From positions 1 to 47,408 of the forward strand of contig JAUSJN010000054.1 of NCBI GenBank assembly GCA_030647325.1: 47,408 nt of DNA, in the 5' to 3' direction. The translations under genes were made by a program, and so were the position numbers. Below, in pieces: positions 25,293-32,939 of this stretch. Under the pieces are notes generated by a model. The model saw nothing but the letters and a program-made list of their open reading frames with translations. It had not been told where the DNA came from and did not search any database. Origin of the DNA: Nanobdellota archaeon (lineage in GTDB: Archaea; Nanobdellota; Nanobdellia; Woesearchaeales; GW2011-AR9). How positions within the stretch are numbered: the stretch's first letter is position 1; each line of letters starts with the position of its first letter.

Positions 25293-25492
25293 TCTGCTTT
25301 TTCCACCAGTGTGTTCACCAGAAATAAGGAAAATACCTTATTTCTGTGCAGAAAAGCAATAGTTTTTGCTTTTCTTGCACTGGTGGTAAATCGTTGATTT
25401 CACATTAGTTGGAAAAAACAGGGTCCGAGAAAACCGCCCTGAGCGAAGCGAACATGCAGCTGGTCTATTGACCAGCTGTGGGTGGTTTTCGA
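25293..25492 (-). ncRNA. Candidate structured RNA or paired-hairpin intergenic element, copy B (consensus orientation on the minus strand)
   Basis: Components:
- tandem hairpins at 25316-25380, enclosed by CCACCAGTG / CACTGGTGG
- TGAGCGAAGCGAACATG at 25440-25456, the exact reverse complement of the 17-mer in copy A
- hairpin CAGCTGGTC-TATT-GACCAGCTG at 25457-25478, enclosed by AAAACCGCCC / GGGTGGTTTT. Confidence 0.45.
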
Positions 25493-25566
25493 TTGACTTC
25501 AATAAATAATGTTACAAATACTTTTATAAATGATAAGTGCGTTAATATCCAAAAAAAGGTGAATAC

Positions 25567-25755
25567 ATGTCTGAAATTCGTTATCTTTGCACGGGGAGTT
25601 GCGGCCAGATGGTCACCAGAGAAACCTACCTGCAGGGACGGAAGAAATGCAATGACAAATCCTGTGACAGTTTTAGCTCTGCGTTAGAGCGTGGGGAATA
25701 CTGTTCGCAATGCAATACCAGTTTTGATGAAGGCGAGGATCACATCTGTATATGA
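25567..25755 (+). CDS. Small Cys-rich (zinc-ribbon-like) protein, 62 aa
   Basis: Contains C-x3-C (CTGSC), C-x4-C (CNDKSC), C-x2-C (CSQC) and HIC. A TATA box (TTTATAAA) lies at 25523-25530. The stop codon overlaps the pepF start (ATGA). Confidence 0.55.
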   Translation: MSEIRYLCTGSCGQMVTRETYLQGRKKCNDKSCDSFSSALERGEYCSQCNTSFDEGEDHICI

Positions 25756-27491
25756 AAAAGCACCAGCTTTCTTCGTGGGATCTCTCAGAGATAAAACCGG
25801 ATCATCTGCAGAAAACATTCCAGGAGATCGAGACCAGGACAAAACATATCGAACACTGGCGTCCTAAACTTAACGCTAAAATCTCGTCTAAGGATTTTAT
25901 CTCTCTTCTTGCGGAGTTAGAGAAACTTCAGATCATCAATAGCAAAGTGGGCGTCTACGCCCAACTTAGGTTTGCGGAAGATTCCAGCGACCAGGAAGCG
26001 AGCGCTTTACAGTCGCAGGTTGAGACTTTTCTTACTAACATAAGTAATCGTCTGCTTTTTTTTAACCTGTGGTTCAAACAACTGCCGGAAAAAGAAGCCT
26101 CGCGCTTGATCAAAGCCAGCGGGAAGTATCGTTACTTCCTGGAAAAGATGTATAAATCCAAGCCTTACATCTTGGATGAAAAGGAAGAGAAGATCGTCAA
26201 CATCAAGGATGTGTCTGGCGTGTCGGCCTTGAATAGCATCTATAATATTCTCTGTTCTCAATTCCAATTTGAGTTTGAAGGGAAGAAAATAGGGCAGGAA
26301 GAATTACTCACCGCAGTGCGTAGTCATTCGCCCGAAAGAAGAGAAGCAGCCTATCGCACCTTGTTGGAAAAATACAGGTCTCACAAGGATCTGATAGGAG
26401 AAGTGTACCGCAACATCGTCAACGATTGGCGGGAAGAAAATATCCGGCTGAGAGGATACGATAGTCCCATCCATGTCCGCAATGTCGGCAATGACATCCC
26501 TGATAAAGCGGTAGAAGCATTGCTGAAAGTCTGCGAACGCAATGAATCATTATTCCAGCGTTTCTTTGAATTGAAACGGAAGAAAATCGGCCTGAAAAAG
26601 ATGCGCCGTTTTGATCTTTACGCTCCCCTGCAGAAGAAAAAAGAAAAAGAGATACCTTATCATGAAGGCGTGACCACGGTCTTGGAGACCTTCCATGATT
26701 TCTCTCCGGCCTTTCATCGTGAAGCGTTGAATATCATCACTGCTGACCATATCCATTCTAAAGTTCAAAAGAATAAAGACACCGGTGCATTTTGCTGCAG
26801 CGTCACCTCGAAATTAAATCCTTATGTGTTGTTGAATTATACCGGGACCTTACGTGATGTCTCGACTCTCGCACATGAGCTAGGGCATGGCATCCATCAC
26901 AATCTTGCCCGCGGCCAGACCGAGTTTACCTTTCACGCGCCACTTCCTTTGGCAGAGACGGCTTCTATCTTTTCCGAGATGGTCCTTTCTGAACGTCTTT
27001 TGAAAAAATATCCTGACCGCGCCAAAGAATTGCTTTTCACCAAGCTGGATGAGATATATGCTTCCATCATCCGGCAGGCAGGATTTGTACGTTTTGAGAT
27101 GAAAGCGCATAAGATGCTGGAAGATGGAAAAACCATCGATGAGATCAGCAAAGTCTATCTGCAGGATCTGCGCAAGCAGCTAGGTCCAAAAGTGGAGATA
27201 GATGATATTTATGCTTACGAATGGTGCTATATCCCTCATATTTTCCACACCCCCTTTTACTGTTATGCCTATGCTTTTGGAAATTTACTGACCCTTGCGC
27301 TGTATGAGACCTACAAGGAAAAAGGTCCTGCATACGCTGACAAGATTGTGGAGATGTTAGCCAAAGGCGGAAGCCAATCTCCGCTGGAGATCACCAAGGC
27401 AGTCGGCGCAGACATCACTTCGGAAAAATTCTGGCAGGGCGGATTTGATGTGATCGCAGGGATGCTGAAAAAAGTTGAAGATACGCGATAA
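25752..27491 (+). CDS. pepF: Oligoendopeptidase F (M3B family)
   Basis: Contains the HELGHGIHH zinc site with downstream E (ETASIFSE). Its length of 579 aa and overall layout are typical of PepF. Confidence 0.92.
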   Translation: MKKHQLSSWDLSEIKPDHLQKTFQEIETRTKHIEHWRPKLNAKISSKDFISLLAELEKLQIINSKVGVYAQLRFAEDSSDQEASALQSQVETFLTNISNRLLFFNLWFKQLPEKEASRLIKASGKYRYFLEKMYKSKPYILDEKEEKIVNIKDVSGVSALNSIYNILCSQFQFEFEGKKIGQEELLTAVRSHSPERREAAYRTLLEKYRSHKDLIGEVYRNIVNDWREENIRLRGYDSPIHVRNVGNDIPDKAVEALLKVCERNESLFQRFFELKRKKIGLKKMRRFDLYAPLQKKKEKEIPYHEGVTTVLETFHDFSPAFHREALNIITADHIHSKVQKNKDTGAFCCSVTSKLNPYVLLNYTGTLRDVSTLAHELGHGIHHNLARGQTEFTFHAPLPLAETASIFSEMVLSERLLKKYPDRAKELLFTKLDEIYASIIRQAGFVRFEMKAHKMLEDGKTIDEISKVYLQDLRKQLGPKVEIDDIYAYEWCYIPHIFHTPFYCYAYAFGNLLTLALYETYKEKGPAYADKIVEMLAKGGSQSPLEITKAVGADITSEKFWQGGFDVIAGMLKKVEDTR

Positions 27492-27504
27492 ATTCAATAG
27501 CTAT

Positions 27505-27612
27505 AAGAAATCACTTAAATAATCGTAAGATTATCAAAACTTAAGTGATTTCTTTATTAGGAAATAACTTTAGATTTGCTTTTCAGCTATCTGAAAATTA
27601 AAGTTATTTCCT
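27505..27612. repeat. Two tandem 14-bp perfect stem-loops, each capped by an inner mini-hairpin
   Basis: AAGAAATCACTTAA at 27505-27518 pairs with TTAAGTGATTTCTT at 27541-27554, with an inner hairpin ATAATC-GTAA-GATTAT. AGGAAATAACTTTA at 27559-27572 pairs with TAAAGTTATTTCCT at 27599-27612, with an inner hairpin TTTTCAG-CTAT-CTGAAAA. The element lies between the pepF stop and the TATA box of the next gene. Confidence 0.6.
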
Positions 27613-27648
27613 ATAAACTTTTAAAAATGAGGGGAGTCTTTCACCTTC

Positions 27649-28692
27649 ATGCTCCATTCCGCCCAAATAAGTATGCTGCAAGAGGAACTGAAAACTGCGA
27701 AAAACCCCTTGTTTATCTACGATTCTGATGCTGACGGCTTGTGTTCTTTCTTATTATTATACCGGGTTCACCGTGAGGGGAAGGGGATAAGGGTAACTAA
27801 TACTTCAAAGATGGATGAGCAATTTGTGCGGAAAGTGCAGGAGATCAATCCGGATAAGATCTTTGTGCTGGACATCCCGACCCTGGATCAGCAGTTTGTG
27901 GACGCCGTAAAAGTTCCCATCTTCTGGATAGATCATCATCAGCCGCAGCAGATAAAAAATGTACATTATTTTAACCCGCGCCTAAAAGATGCTGCCGCCT
28001 ATGTGCCGACTACCAGGATGGCCTATCAGGTTTCGCAGGATCAGGATGACCTCTGGATCGCTGCTGCCGGCTGTTTAGCGGACTGGCACATGCCTGATTT
28101 CATTGACAGTTTTATTGAGAAATTTCCAGAATTGCTTCCAGAAAAAACAGACCTGGCCACGGCCTTGTATAAACATCAGGTCGGCAAGTTAGTGAAATTG
28201 TTTTTCTTCCTGCAGAAAGGGTCTAGTCCCGAAGTGCATAAATCCATCAGCATCTTGACCAAGATAAAATCACCTCAGGAAATATTGCAGCAGCAATCTT
28301 CCCCGGGAAAATTCCTGTATAAGCGTTTTGAAAAAGTCAACGCCAAATACGAAGAAGTCCTGGCCCAGGCAAAAAAGAATATCTCTAAGAGCAAGATCAT
28401 CCTCTTCACCTATAATTCCACCCAATGGTCTTTTACTACCAATGTCGCTAATGAATTATCAGCGCTCTATCCCAAGAAAGTGGTCATCATCGCCAGGGAA
28501 AAATCTGGTTCCATGAAATGCAGTCTCCGCGCTCAATTTGCGATCGCCGGAGCTTTGGAAAAAGCCTTGGTCGGCATCGAAGGATACGGAGGAGGGCATC
28601 CTAATGCCTGCGGTGCAGTCATCAAACAAGAAGACTGGTCTCGTTTTTTAGACAATTTCAAAGAAGAATTGAAACATGGCCATTCCAACTGA
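27649..28692 (+). CDS. DHH/DHHA1 family phosphoesterase (RecJ-like or nanoRNase-like)
   Basis: Contains IYDSDADGLCS (DxD), VLDIP, WIDHHQP (DHH) and GGGHPNACGA (DHHA1). Confidence 0.85.
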   Translation: MLHSAQISMLQEELKTAKNPLFIYDSDADGLCSFLLLYRVHREGKGIRVTNTSKMDEQFVRKVQEINPDKIFVLDIPTLDQQFVDAVKVPIFWIDHHQPQQIKNVHYFNPRLKDAAAYVPTTRMAYQVSQDQDDLWIAAAGCLADWHMPDFIDSFIEKFPELLPEKTDLATALYKHQVGKLVKLFFFLQKGSSPEVHKSISILTKIKSPQEILQQQSSPGKFLYKRFEKVNAKYEEVLAQAKKNISKSKIILFTYNSTQWSFTTNVANELSALYPKKVVIIAREKSGSMKCSLRAQFAIAGALEKALVGIEGYGGGHPNACGAVIKQEDWSRFLDNFKEELKHGHSN

Positions 28693-29068
28693 TCTCATCT
28701 CTATAGTGCTTATTCCTCTCTTTTCCCTGAGCGGCCTCTTGGCAGGCATAGTTCTTTCCCATCTCGCTCGAGAAGAATCAACAGTCGGAAAAAAATATTT
28801 CATCCTGATGTACAGGATTATTTTTGTTTCGCTATCGCTTTCCATAACTTATTTTTTATCCTTCCATATTAGTGTATCACTCGTTTTCTTAGCTTTTGGG
28901 TTAATATTGTTAGCTATAGACTTCAAAAAATACTTTAGATCTATGTTCATCATCCATTACCTCTTTTTCCTAGCTGGTTACTTTATCTCTGGCCAACAAC
29001 TTATCATCGCTGCAATCCTATTTTTGTATGGCTTGCCCGTCGGGACTTTACTGCGGCTGAAACAATAA
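28676..29068 (+). CDS. Hypothetical membrane protein (four TM helices)
   Basis: The 130-aa ORF is hydrophobic and overlaps the DHH gene end by 17 nt. Confidence 0.5.
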   Translation: MAIPTDLISIVLIPLFSLSGLLAGIVLSHLAREESTVGKKYFILMYRIIFVSLSLSITYFLSFHISVSLVFLAFGLILLAIDFKKYFRSMFIIHYLFFLAGYFISGQQLIIAAILFLYGLPVGTLLRLKQ

Positions 29069-29084
29069 TTGAAGAAGAATAAAA

Positions 29085-29762
29085 ATGAATAAATACGATT
29101 TAGAAGAGACCGTTAAAGGAAAAGTGGCTTTGCTGTTAGAAGAGACCATGGAAAAGAGCTGGGGGATCTATATCCCTCAGGTCCAGTCTGACATCACCGA
29201 CAAATTACAGACCAATCTTCCTGTAATATTTTATGTCTCTCTGGCCAGCTCTTTCCAGGATGCAAAAAAAAGATTTAAGTTTGAATTCCTGAAAAATCAG
29301 CTGCATCTCCATGGCGGGAACATTTCCCAGTTAGCCCAGTTTGTAGGACTGGATCGGCGCAGCGTGCATCGTGCTATTAAAAGATTGGATCTTCATCTGG
29401 AAGATGTCCGGCGTGAAGCGCATCACAGCAGCTCTTATCAAGAAAAGATGATCAATCAGACCATACGCTTTGCCTTGGAAGAGTATAAGGATATCATCCA
29501 GCCGCAGAAGATGGAAAAAATGTATCTGGAAGTGCCTCTCCTTTCCAGGCATCTCGCGAAATTACTTCCCCATAATCATCTTACTTGGAAACAGGCGGAA
29601 CGCGAATTTGAAAAACAGTTTTTATCACAAGCTCTGGTTGAGCATAAAGGGAAGATTGCTGAGACTGCACGCCGGATACAGATCCAGCCTGAAACCTTGC
29701 ATAGAAAGATTTCAAGATTAGGACTAAAAGCGAGCGCCCTTGCTGCCCAGCCTTCTCAATAA
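29085..29762 (+). CDS. Protein with two Fis/NtrC-type HTH_8 modules
   Basis: Module 1 is AKKRFKFEFLKNQLHLHGGNISQLAQFVGLDRRSVHRAIKRLDL. Module 2 is AEREFEKQFLSQALVEHKGKIAETARRIQIQPETLHRKISRLGL. Both match the C-terminal DNA-binding module of Fis/NtrC. No AAA+ domain is present. Confidence 0.65.
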   Translation: MNKYDLEETVKGKVALLLEETMEKSWGIYIPQVQSDITDKLQTNLPVIFYVSLASSFQDAKKRFKFEFLKNQLHLHGGNISQLAQFVGLDRRSVHRAIKRLDLHLEDVRREAHHSSSYQEKMINQTIRFALEEYKDIIQPQKMEKMYLEVPLLSRHLAKLLPHNHLTWKQAEREFEKQFLSQALVEHKGKIAETARRIQIQPETLHRKISRLGLKASALAAQPSQ

Positions 29763-29792
29763 CTATATAAATTGTAAAATTATTCAAGCTCT

Positions 29793-30209
29793 ATGTCTAA
29801 AAAAGATAGTTCCAATCACAAAGCTAATGGAAATGTTCATCTTCCTTATCACCAAAAACTGACCTTAGGCCAGAGAGCAGCAGATAAGATCACTACATAC
29901 GGCGGGAGCTGGTATTTTATCGGGCTTTTGTTTTTCTATATCGCGGTCTGGGCTGGAGTAAACAGCTGGCTGCTGGCATATAGGCCGCTGGACCCTTATC
30001 CTTATATTCTTCTTAACCTGACTCTTTCCATGCTTGCTGCCATTCAAGGCCCTATTATCTTGATGAGCCAAAATCGGCTGGCAGAACGCGATCGGCTTCA
30101 GGCAAAATATGATTATCTAGTGGATCGAAAGGCGGAACGGGAAATCCAAGAGCTGCAGAAAGAATTGAAACGCACCCAGCAGATGCTCATGAAAACGTCG
30201 CGAAAATAA
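29793..30209 (+). CDS. DUF1003 family membrane protein
   Basis: LGQRAADKITTYGGSWYFIG, two TM helices, QNRLAERDRLQAKYDY and a C-terminal coiled coil match the DUF1003 layout. Confidence 0.7.
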   Translation: MSKKDSSNHKANGNVHLPYHQKLTLGQRAADKITTYGGSWYFIGLLFFYIAVWAGVNSWLLAYRPLDPYPYILLNLTLSMLAAIQGPIILMSQNRLAERDRLQAKYDYLVDRKAEREIQELQKELKRTQQMLMKTSRK

Positions 30210-30257
30210 TTCTTAGTCTTAGATAAACTTATAAATCTCTAATTGCAGTTCTTTATC

Positions 30258-30620
30258 ATGGACGCATCAAAGAGACTTTTAGTGGTCGAGGATGAGAAAG
30301 TTGTACGAGATGGCCTGCGGTCAGAAATTTCTACTTGGGGGTATCATGTTGACGCTCTTGCTGATGGACAGGACCTTTTACAAAATTATGTTCCAGGAGA
30401 ATATGATGCTGTTCTGATGGACACTCAGATGGAACGTTCTGTGGGGTACGAAGTCTGTGCAGAACTGCGTAAACTGGATTCAAAGATAATTATCATAGGC
30501 ATGTCTTCTGATAAAGCTTACCATTTAGCATGGATGGATGCAGGGGCCACTCATTTTTTGCCCAAAGCAAGATTGCATTGTGATTTACAGAAAGTTCTCC
30601 AGCAATACCTAAACAAGTAA
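30258..30620 (+). CDS. Stand-alone response regulator receiver (CheY-like) domain
   Basis: Contains RLLVVEDEK, the phospho-acceptor context AVLMDTQM, IIIGMSS and the conserved K in HFLPKA. The ATG at 30258 is preferred to the TTG at 30243 given in the track. Confidence 0.85.
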   Translation: MDASKRLLVVEDEKVVRDGLRSEISTWGYHVDALADGQDLLQNYVPGEYDAVLMDTQMERSVGYEVCAELRKLDSKIIIIGMSSDKAYHLAWMDAGATHFLPKARLHCDLQKVLQQYLNK

Positions 30621-30686
30621 AATTTAATTAAATTTTAATCAAATAAAAAGAACTCTGCCGAGATTAAGAAAAAAGAGAAAAACAAC

Positions 30687-31208
30687 TCACCTCTTAAATC
30701 TCTTCACTGCTTTGGCAAATTCTTCCTTTGCTTCTTTTGCTCCTTTGATACCCTTGACTTCCACTTTCTTGCCCTGCAGATCCTTATAATGTTCAAGGAA
30801 ATGTTTCATGGCTTTTAATGAATGTTCCGGCAGATCTTTCACATCCTTGACCTGTTTGTGATACGGATCATCAGCTGCTACGCAGATCAATTTGTCATCC
30901 TGTTCTCCATTATCGACCATGATGATGATGCCTACAGGGCGTGCTTTCACCAACACTCCCGGAAAAGTAGGTTCATCCAGCAGCACAAAACCATCCATCG
31001 GATCTCCATCTTCGCATAATGTTCCTGGCACAAAGCCGTAATCAGCAGGGTAATGGAACGGTGAATACAGGACTCTGTCCAAGGTAAATATTTTATATCC
31101 TTTATCATACTCATACTTGTTTTGCTTTCCTTTTGGGATCTCGATGATGAGATTGACTTCATCTTCGCTGCCCGGAGGGATATCTTTCAATAGATTCATG
31201 ATGGTCAC
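30687..31208 (-). CDS. ppa: Inorganic pyrophosphatase, family I
   Basis: Contains EIPKGKQNKYEYDK, YPADYGFVPGT..EDGDP.D and DDKLICV. Confidence 0.95.
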   Translation of the reverse strand: MTIMNLLKDIPPGSEDEVNLIIEIPKGKQNKYEYDKGYKIFTLDRVLYSPFHYPADYGFVPGTLCEDGDPMDGFVLLDEPTFPGVLVKARPVGIIIMVDNGEQDDKLICVAADDPYHKQVKDVKDLPEHSLKAMKHFLEHYKDLQGKKVEVKGIKGAKEAKEEFAKAVKRFKR

Positions 31209-31262
31209 CTTGTATTTGTTTTATGCATTCTTCCTTTCTTGGTTTAAAAATATTGTGTTTGA

Positions 31263-31451
31263 AGACACTGTAACTTTATCGGCAGGTATTGCGTAATCGC
31301 CGATTGGCCGAGTCTCATTGTCTAGTCACTCCGTTCATGACTTGCCTATCGGCAAGAGTTGATTGAGATGACCTGAGCCGAATAAAATGAGGCGAGGTTG
31401 AGAAGCCGGCTAGGCTCCGCAATACCGGCCGCCGATAAGTTAACAGTGTCT
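31263..31451. repeat. Roughly 190-nt palindromic intergenic element (copy C) with terminal inverted repeats of about 20 nt
   Basis: AGACACTGTAACTTTATCGGC at 31263-31283 pairs with GCCGATAAGTTAACAGTGTCT at 31431-31451, with one indel. Inner pairing joins GGTATTGCG 31285-31293 with CGCAATACC 31418-31426. A central hairpin CTTGCC-TATC-GGCAAG lies at 31341-31356. Confidence 0.55.
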
Positions 31452-31466
31452 GCTTGAAGCTCTTAT

Positions 31467-31838
31467 CTAAGACACCATGATGATTCTTTTCTTCTGCCGG
31501 ATGGTCAAGTACGGTCTCTTCAGGCGCTTTTTCAGCTGGACATCTTGAGTCAGGACCAGATCTCCTTTTTTGGAATGTTCCACCAATAGATCATCTACAT
31601 TTCCCAACTCCGGAAGGACAGGAATTTTTTTTACTTTGATGATGCCTAAGGCTAACAAAGCTGCCTGCCTAAATTTTGCTCTTTGCTCAGAGACAACTTT
31701 TTGTAATTCTTCGATCACTCCGGCTAAGGTTACCACTTTATAAGAAAAATCACAATCCCTTTCCAGGGCAGTAAATATATCCAGCTTAAATTCCGTGATC
31801 GCCATCCAGGCATTGGTATCAATGATGACTTGTTTCAT
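31467..31838 (-). CDS. PIN-domain protein, Fcf1/Utp24-like
   Basis: Contains VIIDTNAWMAI (first acidic residue) and LVLTQDVQLKKRLKRPYLTIRQKK (compare the Fcf1 pattern TxDxxLxxRLR...YL). Confidence 0.75.
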   Translation of the reverse strand: MKQVIIDTNAWMAITEFKLDIFTALERDCDFSYKVVTLAGVIEELQKVVSEQRAKFRQAALLALGIIKVKKIPVLPELGNVDDLLVEHSKKGDLVLTQDVQLKKRLKRPYLTIRQKKRIIMVS

Positions 31839-32676
31839 CTTTCTTTTCTGGTTTTATTTCCTGTATCGCGGCGATCCAAAAAATGCGCGTTAGGCTTACC
31901 ATCACCATGCAAAATAATCCTAAGAACAGCAGCAGGGTTACCGACTCACCGTATTCAATAGCTGCATAGAGAACACTAAAACTGGCTAATAGCGCCACAG
32001 CGATGAGGAAAAAAGCGATCACTGTCTTTTGAAATTTACTGATGGAAAATTCAATCCAGGTCAGGGCGAATCTCTTCCATGGTTTATGTGGGGCGACTGC
32101 CAGCGCGACTAAGAAGAAATAATATATCACCAATAAAGCGATCAGCAAGGATTTCAGCACTATCGCTATATTGGTAAAAGATTGGCTTATCCTGATGAAA
32201 TGGAGTAACACATAGTAGGAGATGATCGCGAATGGCCCTAATAACAGCAACGCAGCAGCCCACGCTTTCAGCAGGAATTGCGCTCCTTCTTTCAGTCTTA
32301 TTCTCCACTGCTGTCGCTCCTGCAGCATCCAGTGGCTGAGCAGCCAGATGCTCCCGTTGAGCGATAAGAAAAGCACTGCCAGCCCGGCCAGAAACAAAAA
32401 CACATTCTTTAGCATGGACCTGTAACTGTTGTAGATGGAAGCATAATCCGGGGTGAAGGACTCCCCCTGTTCGATCTTTTGCGAATCATAATTGGCATTT
32501 TCTAAGGGCACGATGATCCCTTGTGCATCTTCTAAGACCTTGAATAGATATTGTGTCCCTAAAGCCAGAGAAGAGACTACGAAGATGATCTGCAAGATGA
32601 CGATCAACGCAAAAAGTAATCTATGTCTCTTGATGGAATTGACCGTAGTGCGCAATCCTTTTTTGAGATACTCCAT
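31819..32676 (-). CDS. Hypothetical multi-pass membrane protein
   Basis: The 285-aa ORF has about six TM helices. Its 3' end overlaps the PIN gene start by 20 nt. Confidence 0.6.
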   Translation of the reverse strand: MEYLKKGLRTTVNSIKRHRLLFALIVILQIIFVVSSLALGTQYLFKVLEDAQGIIVPLENANYDSQKIEQGESFTPDYASIYNSYRSMLKNVFLFLAGLAVLFLSLNGSIWLLSHWMLQERQQWRIRLKEGAQFLLKAWAAALLLLGPFAIISYYVLLHFIRISQSFTNIAIVLKSLLIALLVIYYFFLVALAVAPHKPWKRFALTWIEFSISKFQKTVIAFFLIAVALLASFSVLYAAIEYGESVTLLLFLGLFCMVMVSLTRIFWIAAIQEIKPEKKDETSHH

Positions 32677-32719
32677 CTGTCAGGAAAGAGAAACTAAGTT
32701 TAAAGACTTTTCTGTTTGG

Positions 32720-32931
32720 GCAGATATCGTCGTCACAAGAAATCAAACAACGATTTGATTTCTGTGCAGAAATGAGGTAGTTTTCCGCATTTCTTGCATG
32801 GCCTTAAGGCGAGCCGAGAACAGCTCTTGCTTGGCACGTAATTCATTGATGCTTTCCCTCCAAATTTACTTGCGATGTTCAGCTAAAAAACAAAGAGAAA
32901 GCACGAGGCGAGCGGCCAAGACGATATCTGC
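32720..32931 (-). ncRNA. Candidate structured RNA or paired-hairpin intergenic element, copy D (consensus orientation on the minus strand)
   Basis: A perfect 12-nt closing inverted repeat joins GCAGATATCGTC 32720-32731 with GACGATATCTGC 32920-32931. Tandem hairpins at 32734-32797 have loops identical to copy A when read on the minus strand (AAAACTA and TCGTTG). A degenerate TGTTC..GC.TCGC motif precedes them. Confidence 0.4.
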
Positions 32932-32939
32932 AAACGATT

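Noticed and set aside
25478-25687. A 69-aa ORF overlapping element B and the Cys-rich gene.
   Set aside because: It starts inside the structured element, overlaps the better-supported 25567-25755 ORF in another frame, and has no signals.
31355-31400. TPP-riboswitch-like words in element C (TTGAGATGACCTGAGCCGAATAAAATGAGGCGAGG, compared with CUGAGA...ACCUGAUCUGGAUAAUGCCAGCGUAGGGA).
   Set aside because: The P2/P3 region and the ACCC segment between UGAGA and ACCUGA are missing, the P5 stem would be only 3 bp, and no thiamine-related gene is adjacent.
31300-32915. tRNA-like D-arm words (GCCGAG, AAGGCG) in elements C and D, raising the possibility of split or permuted tRNA genes.
   Set aside because: I could find no T-arm (GTTC(A/G)A(A/T)TC) and no acceptor or anticodon stem of the right geometry. 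The order of the words is inconsistent with a tRNA. tRNAscan-SE or ARAGORN should still be run.
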